From the NCBI GenBank assembly GCA_964636355.1, contig CAZWRG010000003.1:793-64792 (forward strand): a stretch of DNA of 64,000 nucleotides, read 5' to 3'. A program made the position numbers and the translations under genes. The notes under the pieces were generated by a model. It was not told the origin of the DNA and did not search any database. It saw nothing but the letters and a program-made list of their open reading frames with translations. Shown piece after piece: positions 35,068 through 43,191 of the stretch (positions within the stretch are counted from its first letter, which is position 1; each line of letters opens with the position of its first letter). The DNA is from an uncultured Candidatus Saccharibacteria bacterium (GTDB lineage Bacteria > Patescibacteriota > Saccharimonadia > Saccharimonadales > JAGQNK01).

Positions 35068-35487
35068 CTATTCTAACAGCGGCTGTTTGCCGGGGTAGTC
35101 GATGCCGAGTTCGTGCATTATCATTTTGCTGGCGATTCTTATCTCGTCTGAACAAGTTCCGTCTGGATTAAGCCGACTAGCTTCGGTTAATTTCATGCTT
35201 TCGACAACAATATAAAAATAGTTATCTAGCCATGCTTTTTGCCTGATGGATTCCGGTTGATATCTAGTCAAGCTGAATAAGACCAATGACATCGCTTCGC
35301 AGACCTTAACTTGAGGCGGCTTTGTTTCATTCAGATAGCTGATTTTCCAATATGCTAGCTGATGTTCCGGGCTATTTGGGATAAATGCTCTCAGCTCAGC
35401 CTCTCGGTCAAGCGCCTCATGTTCTAGATCGATGAGCGATAACGAATAGTGAACAATTGGCTCGTCGGCAGCGTCAAACACTTCCAT
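35068..35487 (-). CDS. Hypothetical protein
   Basis: 139-aa ORF with no motif recognised. Confidence 0.45.
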   Translation of the reverse strand: MEVFDAADEPIVHYSLSLIDLEHEALDREAELRAFIPNSPEHQLAYWKISYLNETKPPQVKVCEAMSLVLFSLTRYQPESIRQKAWLDNYFYIVVESMKLTEASRLNPDGTCSDEIRIASKMIMHELGIDYPGKQPLLE

Positions 35488-35512
35488 TTACATATAGCCT
35501 CCTGACTAACGT

Positions 35513-36175
35513 TTATCGTACTTCAGTGTAGGTGCCAATCGGCAGTGAATCTAGGAGATATTTATCAAAATGTGTGCGGTGGAGTTTGACTACGCGGTAA
35601 CCTAAGGCTTCGAAAGTGCGGCGAATTTGGCGGTTGCGGCCTTCGCTCATTACGACTTTCCATTCTTTTTTCTGATTATTCATAGGTGCAAGTTCTAGCT
35701 TGCTCAAGCCGTCTTCTAGCTTTACGCCCGGCATGATGATTTGCTTAAAATGCTCGTCAGATAAATCTTTATTAAGCGCAATCTTATATCTTTTTTGTTT
35801 CTCGAATTTTGGATGAGTGAGTTGGTAGGCTAAATCGCCATCATTGGTCAGTAGCAATAGGCCTGAGGAGTTTTTATCCAGCCGGCCGATAGGTTTTAAG
35901 TGATGAAGATTTGCCGGTAAGATGTCATAAATAGTTTTACTTCCCTGCCCATCGCGCGAGCAGACATAGCCAACTGGTTTGTTAAACATGATGGTCAGCG
36001 TTTCTTGTTCGGCTTTTAAAATATCTCCATCAAGAGTGACGGTGTCTGATTCGGTGATTGTTTGGCCCAATTCAGGCAGTTTTCCGTTGACCAGTATTCG
36101 CTGTTGGGTAATTGCAGAGTCAGCCGCCCGCCGCGACATTCCAGTAGCCACCGCAATAAATTTATTAAGTCTCAT
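35513..36175 (-). CDS. RsuA/RluB-family pseudouridine synthase
   Basis: N-terminal S4 domain (RLNKFIAVATGMSRRAAD) and catalytic GRLDKNSSGLLLLTNDG. Confidence 0.85.
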   Translation of the reverse strand: MRLNKFIAVATGMSRRAADSAITQQRILVNGKLPELGQTITESDTVTLDGDILKAEQETLTIMFNKPVGYVCSRDGQGSKTIYDILPANLHHLKPIGRLDKNSSGLLLLTNDGDLAYQLTHPKFEKQKRYKIALNKDLSDEHFKQIIMPGVKLEDGLSKLELAPMNNQKKEWKVVMSEGRNRQIRRTFEALGYRVVKLHRTHFDKYLLDSLPIGTYTEVR

Positions 36176-36268
36176 AATGATATTCTAACAGGTGCTAACA
36201 GATTACGGATATCAGGAAACAAACCGCATAAATTTAACAGCAGGCAGATGCCACAAGCCAATTTGAAT

Positions 36269-36310
36269 CTATACTAAAAACGTGTCCGATCGGACATGTT
36301 TTTAGTATAG
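36269..36310 (-). terminator. 42-nt near-perfect palindrome (terminator-like) after the response-regulator gene
   Basis: CTATACTAAAAACGTGTCCGA / TCGGACATGTTTTTAGTATAG with one G.U. Its core resembles the palindrome at 61289-61334. Confidence 0.5.
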
Positions 36311-36384
36311 GAGAAATTACTTTAGTCTGAGGCCTGAAGTCTGAAAAATCTCTGACTTCTGTTTTTTGGTATCTGACAAATGCT

Positions 36385-37569
36385 TTACAATGCTATGCTG
36401 TTTGGGTCGACGCCGTCAGAGTTTTTAGCTGGAGGAGCCTCTTCGGGAGCGGCTGCTGGGGCTTCCGGCGCGGCCGGTGTCTCGGCTGGTGTTTGCTCCG
36501 CCGGAGAAATTACAGTGGTGGCACCAGGTGTTGGCACGGCATTATTAGCCTCTTCTTTGGCTAGCAGCGCATTTAGATCCGGTGTCGATGAGGCTGGATC
36601 ATGTAGCGGCTGAATGACTTTTTTGCCCGGTAGTCCGCCGCCAGTTGCCGCTTTCTCACTTGGGGCGGCCTGCTCGGTGCTGTTTTGGAGCAGTTCATTA
36701 GCAGCTTCAGCCATCTTGGCGGCGTTTTCGGCAGCGGCATTAGTAGCATCAACCGATAGTTCTTCGGTGTTTGTTGAACTTGTATCAGGTGTTTCTGGCG
36801 GCTGTGCTTGAGTTGGGGTTGTATCAGTTGCCGGCTGATCAGTGGGTGGCTCGGTTACTGCAACTTCGGCTGGCGGCTCAACTGGTAAATTATTAACAAA
36901 TTCTTCAATTTTAGCCTCCACGGCATCTTCTTCTTTAGCGGTTGGCTGAGCTACAGCAGCTGGATCATTGCTGGTTGCTGGCTCGTCAGCTACTGGTGGA
37001 TTAGCGGTAGCTTGAGTTTGATCATCTTGAGCAGCCGGCGCAGGATCGGCAACTGGAGTTACTGGAGTTGCGGCAGCGCCGTCATTGGCTGGTTCAGCCG
37101 GAGCCTGAGCTGTTGCGTCGTCGGAAGCTGGTGTTGCTGGAGCGGTAGCCGCTGGATCTGACGCTGGTGCAGCACTTGTTGGTGACGGGCTGGCTGCATC
37201 ATCGCCGCCAAGGACTTCTTTAGCAACTTGAGCCACGTCTTCCAGCGTAACTTGAGATTTAACCAGATAGCGATCGGCGCCAAGTTTGTCAGCCCGAGTT
37301 TTGTCCTCTGCCTGCGACAAAGCGGTCATCATGATGACTTTAGTGTGCTTGGTTTCTGGAGTACTGCGCAGAATATCAAGCATGTCAAAACCACTGATTT
37401 TGGGCATCATAACATCAGAGATAATTAGATCGGGCTTTTCTTTTACGGCAAGCGCTAAGGCTTGTTCGCCATCCTCTGCGGAAACGATTTCATAGCCCTC
37501 GGCGAGCAGCCGGGCTTCATAAATTTCTCTAAGGTTATTGTCGTCCTCGACAAGCATTATTTTTGGCAT
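36385..37569 (-). CDS. Response-regulator receiver fused to a ~270-aa Pro/Ala/Thr/Glu-rich low-complexity tail
   Basis: IMLVEDDNN ... DLIISDVMMP ... VIMMTAL ... ADRYLVKS canonical receiver. No output domain. Confidence 0.8.
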   Translation of the reverse strand: MPKIMLVEDDNNLREIYEARLLAEGYEIVSAEDGEQALALAVKEKPDLIISDVMMPKISGFDMLDILRSTPETKHTKVIMMTALSQAEDKTRADKLGADRYLVKSQVTLEDVAQVAKEVLGGDDAASPSPTSAAPASDPAATAPATPASDDATAQAPAEPANDGAAATPVTPVADPAPAAQDDQTQATANPPVADEPATSNDPAAVAQPTAKEEDAVEAKIEEFVNNLPVEPPAEVAVTEPPTDQPATDTTPTQAQPPETPDTSSTNTEELSVDATNAAAENAAKMAEAANELLQNSTEQAAPSEKAATGGGLPGKKVIQPLHDPASSTPDLNALLAKEEANNAVPTPGATTVISPAEQTPAETPAAPEAPAAAPEEAPPAKNSDGVDPNSIAL

Positions 37570-37637
37570 AACTGGCTCCTGGGATTATGTGCTAATTAGG
37601 CTTATGTTTAATATTGTACCACGATAAGTTTTCAAGT

Positions 37638-39008
37638 TTAGTGATGGTCCAGCGGGCTGGCGATTGCCTGCTGCTCGGCCTCCTGTTTTTTAAGTTCATC
37701 AGCTTTTTGAGAAGTTAACCTTGGTAAATTAATATAAAACGTACTGCCCTTGCCGACTTCGCTTTCGGCCCAGATTCGTCCCTTGTAAAGTTCGACGATT
37801 TTGCGGCTAATAAACAGACCAAGGCCGGTGCCGCCGATGGTTCTGGTGGCGGAATTATCGACCCGGTAGAACTTTTGGAACAGATGAGATAAGTCATTGG
37901 CCGGGATTCCTGGGCCGGTGTCTTTTATGAAGAACTGAATAACTTCGTTGTTGCCGGTTAAGCCAATTGAAATACTGCCGCTGGGCGTGTATTTGACGGC
38001 ATTATCAAAGAGGTTGGTTATGACTTCTCGTAGACGATCTGGGTCAACATGAGTGTAGTAAAGCGGTTTGATCATTTTGCCGCCGCCAGCGCCCGGTGTT
38101 TCTGGGCTGCTAACACCTACAGTGAAATCTACCTTTAAGCCCTTTTTATCGGCTGCAAAGCGCAGTGATTCGACTAACTGTTCTAAATATTCGCTCATCT
38201 CAACCACCACTGGATTGCTGACTAATCGGCCGTCTTCGGCGCGGGCGCTGGTAAGTAAATCCTGGAAGAGCTTACCGAGATGTTCAGTGCTGGAATGGGC
38301 TTTTTCCAGATAAGATCGGGCCTTAGCATCAATGCTTGAAACTTTGTCATTCATAGCCAGCGCCAGGTAGCCTTCAATGGCGGCCACTGGTGTTCTCATC
38401 TCGTGGCTGGCAGTGCTGATGAAGTCGGCTCGTCGCTGCTCTTCGGTTTTTTCTTTGCTGATATCTCGAAAAACCGCCACTACACCGCTGATCTTTTTGT
38501 TTTTATCCCAAATTTGCGACACGCTAATACTGATGAACTGCGCGGTTCCGGACTTGTTAACCAGCTTGATATTGCTGTTGCGAACATGATCATTGCTGGA
38601 CAAACCCATACCAATTGGATTTTTATCGGCCGCCAGGTCAGCGCCTTTGTCATCTGTGAATTTCAAAACTGAGCGGTAGTCAATTCCTAGTGTGTCGCCA
38701 ACTTCCCAGCCAGTCAAAATCGCCGCCGCCGGATTGCATAGCCGAATAATATTTTGACTATCAATCACCAGAACTCCGTCCTCAATGGCGTTTAAGATCA
38801 GACTGGATTTAGCTTTCTCGGCTTGCAGATTGCCGATACTGCCCTCGGCCTCGTCCTTGATGTTGATAATTCGCTTTTTCATCAGAAAAATAACCACCCC
38901 GACAATCGCCAGCCCAACAGAAAACCCAATCGCAATGTGGGTGATGGTCATCCCTGGTGTATGTTCGCTGTGGGACTGCCCCACCAAGTAAAATATGACG
39001 TTTTTCAT
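37638..39008 (-). CDS. PAS-domain sensor histidine kinase
   Basis: One TM, a PAS-like region, H-box SHEMRTPV, N box NLFDNAVKY, G1 DTGPGI, G2 GGTGLGL. Confidence 0.88.
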   Translation of the reverse strand: MKNVIFYLVGQSHSEHTPGMTITHIAIGFSVGLAIVGVVIFLMKKRIINIKDEAEGSIGNLQAEKAKSSLILNAIEDGVLVIDSQNIIRLCNPAAAILTGWEVGDTLGIDYRSVLKFTDDKGADLAADKNPIGMGLSSNDHVRNSNIKLVNKSGTAQFISISVSQIWDKNKKISGVVAVFRDISKEKTEEQRRADFISTASHEMRTPVAAIEGYLALAMNDKVSSIDAKARSYLEKAHSSTEHLGKLFQDLLTSARAEDGRLVSNPVVVEMSEYLEQLVESLRFAADKKGLKVDFTVGVSSPETPGAGGGKMIKPLYYTHVDPDRLREVITNLFDNAVKYTPSGSISIGLTGNNEVIQFFIKDTGPGIPANDLSHLFQKFYRVDNSATRTIGGTGLGLFISRKIVELYKGRIWAESEVGKGSTFYINLPRLTSQKADELKKQEAEQQAIASPLDHH

Positions 39009-39115
39009 AAAATGCTTAAGCTCCAGTATACGCCACTAATCAGCTAAAGCCTAGACGTTTCTTCCCTGTTATGATAGACTTTTTGAGTTAATGATGGTCC
39101 TAGCAGCCAAGCCAT

Positions 39116-39150
39116 GGCCCCGTCGTCTAGCGGTTTTAGTAATCAGCAGA
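39116..39150 (+). pseudogene. tRNA 5'-half-like fragment (no matching 3' acceptor strand)
   Basis: GGCCCCGTCGTCTAGCGGTT parallels the acceptor and D arm of the neighbouring tRNA-Glu (GGTCGCATCGTCTAACGGTT). No anticodon arm, T arm or CGGGGCC follows. Confidence 0.2.
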
Positions 39151-39212
39151 CACCACTGGGTGTCGTAGTAGTTAGGCGAAAGCAAGTACATTTCACAGGT
39201 AATTAACCATGA

Positions 39213-39287
39213 GGTCGCATCGTCTAACGGTTAGGACACCAGGTTCTCATCCTGGCAATCGGGGTTCGATTCCCCGTGCGATCACCA
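39213..39287 (+). tRNA. tRNA-Glu (anticodon CTC), CCA encoded
   Basis: Acceptor GGTCGCA/TGCGATC. Anticodon arm CCAGG-TTCTCAT-CCTGG. T arm CGGGG-TTCGATT-CCCCG. Ends ACCA. Confidence 0.9.
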
Positions 39288-39313
39288 CACGTGGATTTTA
39301 CTGATTTACAGAT

Positions 39314-39348
39314 AAAAAAGGTTCCAAAATCTATTTGGAACCTTTTTT
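39314..39348 (+). terminator. Terminator after tRNA-Glu
   Basis: AAAAAAGGTTCC / GGAACCTTTTTT 12-bp stem with an 11-nt loop. Confidence 0.7.
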
Positions 39349-39484
39349 CTTTGCACTACCACCCCTGTTAATTCGTGTTCTATCCACATAAGGCGTAACT
39401 TTCCTAATATGATGACTTGTGTCACAAGCATACATAGAGTATACTTATGCGTATGAATTATTACTCAACAAAAGGAGGAGAAAA

Positions 39485-40315
39485 ATGAGTGTAAAAGTAA
39501 CTCTATCAGGCGACGGTCTTAATTATGAGAGCGATGCTTCGTTAGTGCAGGCTGCAAAGATTATAGGTTTTCTTAATACTGAGGAGCCGCTTGCTGCTGA
39601 TTACAGCTCAGCTGCAACAACTAACGCGGGTTTCATTGATGCACCCCAGGCTAAGCCTCTTTCATCTCCCAGAGAGGCAATTTTAAGCACTGGTGCGAAG
39701 ACAAACGCTCAAAAAATTCTTGTCTTAGGCGCTTATCTCGCACAAAGAGATAATTCTGACGATTTTGCTACTGCCGAGCTGAAAACTCTTTTCGTAAAAG
39801 CGGGAGAACCAGCTCCACGTAATCTAGCGAGAGACATTCGCGATGCCGTGAAGGCAGGGTACATTATGGAGAGTATAACCTCTTCTGATATGTACGCAGT
39901 GACTAATACTGGGTATAAAGCGCTTGAAGATGGGTTTAGCTCGACAACAGTAAAAAAGACACGTAAAAGATCTGGAGCCAGACCCGCGAGAAAAGCAGAT
40001 ACTCCCGAGTGGCTTATAGACACTTCTGTAGACGATCAGCTTGAAGGATTTCCTTCTTATCGTCAGCTGAATACGAGAGGCAATCGTGCGCTTTGGATCT
40101 TGCAGTGGGCCATAACGGCAGGTCGTGAGCGCCTCTCAGGTGCTGAAATTAGTGCGGTGGCGGATAAGTTGTCGGATAACATACCTACCAAACAGGTAGC
40201 AGCAACATTCTCGCCTCACCTTTCAAATAATCGAGTATCTAAGACCGCAGAAGGTTACAAGATACTCTATAGCGGTAGTGAATTTCTCAAAACACTTGTA
40301 AGCCAAGAGGGTTAG
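39485..40315 (+). CDS. Hypothetical protein with two winged-helix-like segments (start moved to the SD-linked ATG)
   Basis: AGGAGG 6 nt before the ATG at 39485 (listed ORF begins 39419). Basic linker KKTRKRSGARPARK. Confidence 0.5.
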   Translation: MSVKVTLSGDGLNYESDASLVQAAKIIGFLNTEEPLAADYSSAATTNAGFIDAPQAKPLSSPREAILSTGAKTNAQKILVLGAYLAQRDNSDDFATAELKTLFVKAGEPAPRNLARDIRDAVKAGYIMESITSSDMYAVTNTGYKALEDGFSSTTVKKTRKRSGARPARKADTPEWLIDTSVDDQLEGFPSYRQLNTRGNRALWILQWAITAGRERLSGAEISAVADKLSDNIPTKQVAATFSPHLSNNRVSKTAEGYKILYSGSEFLKTLVSQEG

Positions 40316-40318
40316 AAC

Positions 40319-40708
40319 ATGGAACGCTTACCGACAAAAGATTTAATTGCAAAATATCGAGCAGAGTATATAAAGCTTAAGCCCATACACTCAAAAGCTA
40401 TTGGTGAAAAGGTTTATTTCAATATGCCCGGTTTTAAGCACTTAATCTTTAAAGGTAGGCACCGCCGGGAATCTGCATCCATATTCAACCGATTGGTACT
40501 GGTACCCCTTATTGCCCCCGTTATTCATAACTGTACTGAAGAAGTTGAAATTCGAATCCGCAAAGAGATGATAGATGGTAAAAAGGTTAAGGTCACCTAC
40601 TATGCTCTTGAGGCACATGTTGGGAAAGATAGTGTTCGTGTACGTGTAATAACGCGTAAGGTCGGAGAAAAAGGCAAACACTACTTTCAAAGTATCATGA
40701 AGTACTAA
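40319..40708 (+). CDS. Hypothetical 129-aa basic protein
   Basis: 3 nt after the previous stop. No motif assigned with confidence. Confidence 0.5.
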   Translation: MERLPTKDLIAKYRAEYIKLKPIHSKAIGEKVYFNMPGFKHLIFKGRHRRESASIFNRLVLVPLIAPVIHNCTEEVEIRIRKEMIDGKKVKVTYYALEAHVGKDSVRVRVITRKVGEKGKHYFQSIMKY

Positions 40709-40893
40709 AAAACGCCCCAGATGGGACGCACTTTAGTGTGTTCGTTTCCAGACTTAGGAGATTTAACCTTGGCCGGTTCTAGGGCGAGCCCCACGAACAC
40801 ATTATTATGATAACATAGATGTCAATAATTTGCAATACTCACTCAAATGTTATATGTATAAAAGAGGCCGATACTAAAAGGAGAATAAAGGAT

Positions 40894-41115
40894 ATGAGTA
40901 TTGTAAATAAGAATGAAGAGTCCCTCCGAGCAGCATTTCAAAAAATGACTCAAGCAGATGAGGCACCAGCTGTAGTGAAGAGTCTGCTCAAGAAAGCGGA
41001 TCAACGTAATATGCAACTACTTGATTATATTACTAAAACAGGGCCAGAAATTCGTGAGATCTTTGATCGTATGCTTGCCGCAGCTGCAGCACAGCGCCAA
41101 GCAGAGAAAAAATAA
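40894..41115 (+). CDS. Hypothetical 73-aa helical protein (start moved to the SD-linked ATG)
   Basis: AAAGGAG upstream of the ATG at 40894. The listed ORF begins at 40819. Confidence 0.4.
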   Translation: MSIVNKNEESLRAAFQKMTQADEAPAVVKSLLKKADQRNMQLLDYITKTGPEIREIFDRMLAAAAAQRQAEKK

Positions 41116-41303
41116 GCCTATTTCAGTAAATCATCAATATCGGCTAGATATATACTTCCCTCTCTGCATTCCATGCCAAGATCTCTGAAACGATCTCGCA
41201 ACTTAAAAAGATCGTCAAATAACAGTTCTAAATTGATATGTGTGAGCTCACCAGATAAAGCTTATTGACCAGTAGCTGCTCCAAGGGGTGCTATCATAGA
41301 GTT

Positions 41304-41747
41304 ATGAATCAAAAAGAATGGGAAGCAAGTATTGCCTGGTCACGGGTTGTTGCGGCTTGTGTGATACGAAATGACGAAGACAAATATCTTTTGGTGCAAG
41401 AAGCGCAGCCCAAAGTGTATGGCCTCTGGAATTTGCCGGCTGGGCATGTTGATAAGGGTGAGTCTATAGAATCTGCAGCTGTGCGGGAGGTCAAAGAAGA
41501 AACTGGTTACGATGTTGAGCTCGGCGACAAGGTGGATATTTATCACGAAGCAATTGATACGCCAGTGAGGCATGCTTTTGTGGCCTATATAATCGGTGGT
41601 GAGCTAGCTGTGCAGCCAGGCGAGATTTTGGATGCAAAATGGCTGAGTTACGACGAAATTACAACCATGAAGCATGACAGCAAGCTCCGAGTTGAGTGGA
41701 TTTATGACGCCATCACTCGTGTCGAGAAAATTCAACAAACAGTATAA
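41304..41747 (+). CDS. NUDIX hydrolase
   Basis: Nudix box GHVDKGESIESAAVREVKEETGYDV. TGCTATCAT extended -10 lies 6 nt before the ATG at 41304 (listed ORF begins 41265). Confidence 0.8.
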   Translation: MNQKEWEASIAWSRVVAACVIRNDEDKYLLVQEAQPKVYGLWNLPAGHVDKGESIESAAVREVKEETGYDVELGDKVDIYHEAIDTPVRHAFVAYIIGGELAVQPGEILDAKWLSYDEITTMKHDSKLRVEWIYDAITRVEKIQQTV

Positions 41748-41758
41748 TTACATTTAGT

Positions 41759-41789
41759 AAAACAACCACTCTGTAAAAGCGGTTGTTTT
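41759..41789. terminator. Bidirectional terminator between convergent genes
   Basis: AAAACAACC / GGTTGTTTT 9-bp stem. Confidence 0.6.
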
Positions 41790-41809
41790 ACTTGGTTACT
41801 TAGGATTGA

Positions 41810-41992
41810 TTATGAATTTCTGCCGCGGCGGCTAGTTTGTCCGCCCTTCTTGCCTGCTGAGCTGGCTTTTTGGGTGTCGTTTGCAAAGTTACCAGGGTTG
41901 TTCTCTGCTCCTTGCGATTGACCGCCTTTACTTGCAATATTCTTACGCTCTTGTTCGTCCATAGATGCGAATCCACGATTGCCTTTTGCCAT
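41810..41992 (-). CDS. KGG-repeat general stress protein
   Basis: GFASMD ... SKGGQ ... GKKGGQ repeats, typical of the small stress-induced KGG family. Confidence 0.7.
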   Translation of the reverse strand: MAKGNRGFASMDEQERKNIASKGGQSQGAENNPGNFANDTQKASSAGKKGGQTSRRGRNS

Positions 41993-42095
41993 ATGCGCCT
42001 CCTTAATTAGTTTGCACCCTTTATACTATGGACCGATTGCTGCAAAAGTTCTACGAAAAATCTTATAGCTGAGGTATTGCCGGAGTTTTAAGGAT

Positions 42096-43106
42096 TTAGT
42101 TGTTTATTCCAACCTGGGTTGAGCTGCTCTGGGTGTTCTTGCTGCTTCCGCTGGTGGCCGCGCCGCCTTTGGTGTTGCCGCTGACTGCCCCACTGCCGCT
42201 GCTGGAATTTTGAGTTACGTTATTGGTTGAAGATATGTTATTTGAATTATTAATTTCTACGCTGGAGCTGGATTTATATTTACTGGCGTTATATGAATCG
42301 GGGCCGGTGTGGTTTATGGAGTAGTTATTGGATTCGGATGGATGCTGTGAGCCGCCACCCCCAGCTCCTGGGCCGCTGCTGCCTGCTCCACCGCTTCCGC
42401 TGGTACTTGGGTAATGGATGCCGCTAGTCGCTCCGCCGCCACCTCCCAGACTGGTTATCCAGGCGCTTAAACTACTGCCACCTTGTCCGCCGCCGACGCC
42501 ACTGCTAGATCCTAGTACAGCTGCTTGATTTGGCGATTTTGATGAGCTGCTGCCAAGTACGTGGCCGTCACCCTGCCCGGGGTTGCTGCCTGGGTTATTA
42601 GGATTACCGGGAAAGTTGATGGCTGCCGTGCAAGCTCCGCTGTTGTCGATTTTTAGACTAGTTTGTTGATTGCTGACATTGCTGGCGTCACCACTTGTAG
42701 CATCACCGCCAGTGGTATTACCGCCCCCACCTGACTGGCCCCAACTGCTGCTCCAGTTTGACTGATTGGCCGCCAGATAAGATGCCAGGGCTGCCTGCCA
42801 CTCGTCATAGCTAAAGCCCCTGGTTTGCCAAACTCTGGGGTTGTATTGCTCCCAATCGCCACCGCCCACTACAGCATCGCCAGTTTGGGCATTTTGATTT
42901 ATATTGTTTCGGACATCGACATCGTTATCATTATCAACCTCACAGCTGTTTTGATGCTCAATTTCGATCTTGTTGTATGAGTCAGGGCCAGTGTTATTGA
43001 TTCTGGCCTGCTCCGCCGCCGCTAGTCCTGGGAATCCAAAAAAGAATGCCATAAAACCGGCACTCATCAGAGATATCCGCTTAACAAATAATTGTCTCGT
43101 CATCAC
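42096..43106 (-). CDS. Secreted Gly/Ser/Asn-rich protein with duplicated NTGPDSYN modules
   Basis: Signal peptide ending LAAAEQ. INNTGPDSYN near the N-terminus and INHTGPDSYN near the C-terminus flank a G/S-rich core. Confidence 0.65.
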   Translation of the reverse strand: MMTRQLFVKRISLMSAGFMAFFFGFPGLAAAEQARINNTGPDSYNKIEIEHQNSCEVDNDNDVDVRNNINQNAQTGDAVVGGGDWEQYNPRVWQTRGFSYDEWQAALASYLAANQSNWSSSWGQSGGGGNTTGGDATSGDASNVSNQQTSLKIDNSGACTAAINFPGNPNNPGSNPGQGDGHVLGSSSSKSPNQAAVLGSSSGVGGGQGGSSLSAWITSLGGGGGATSGIHYPSTSGSGGAGSSGPGAGGGGSQHPSESNNYSINHTGPDSYNASKYKSSSSVEINNSNNISSTNNVTQNSSSGSGAVSGNTKGGAATSGSSKNTQSSSTQVGINN

Positions 43107-43191
43107 TACCCTCCTATAAACTCTTTAGCCTCGGCGATAATTTAATAACTTTATATAGCAAAATGTCTGTAATTTATTTTGCAAAGTGAGC

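Noticed and set aside
36380-36811. Plus-strand ORFs 36380-36613 and 36614-36811 (Ala/Gly/Ser-rich)
   Set aside because: They are the antisense reading of the Pro/Ala/Thr-rich tail of the response regulator. GC-rich repetitive codons keep the opposite strand open.
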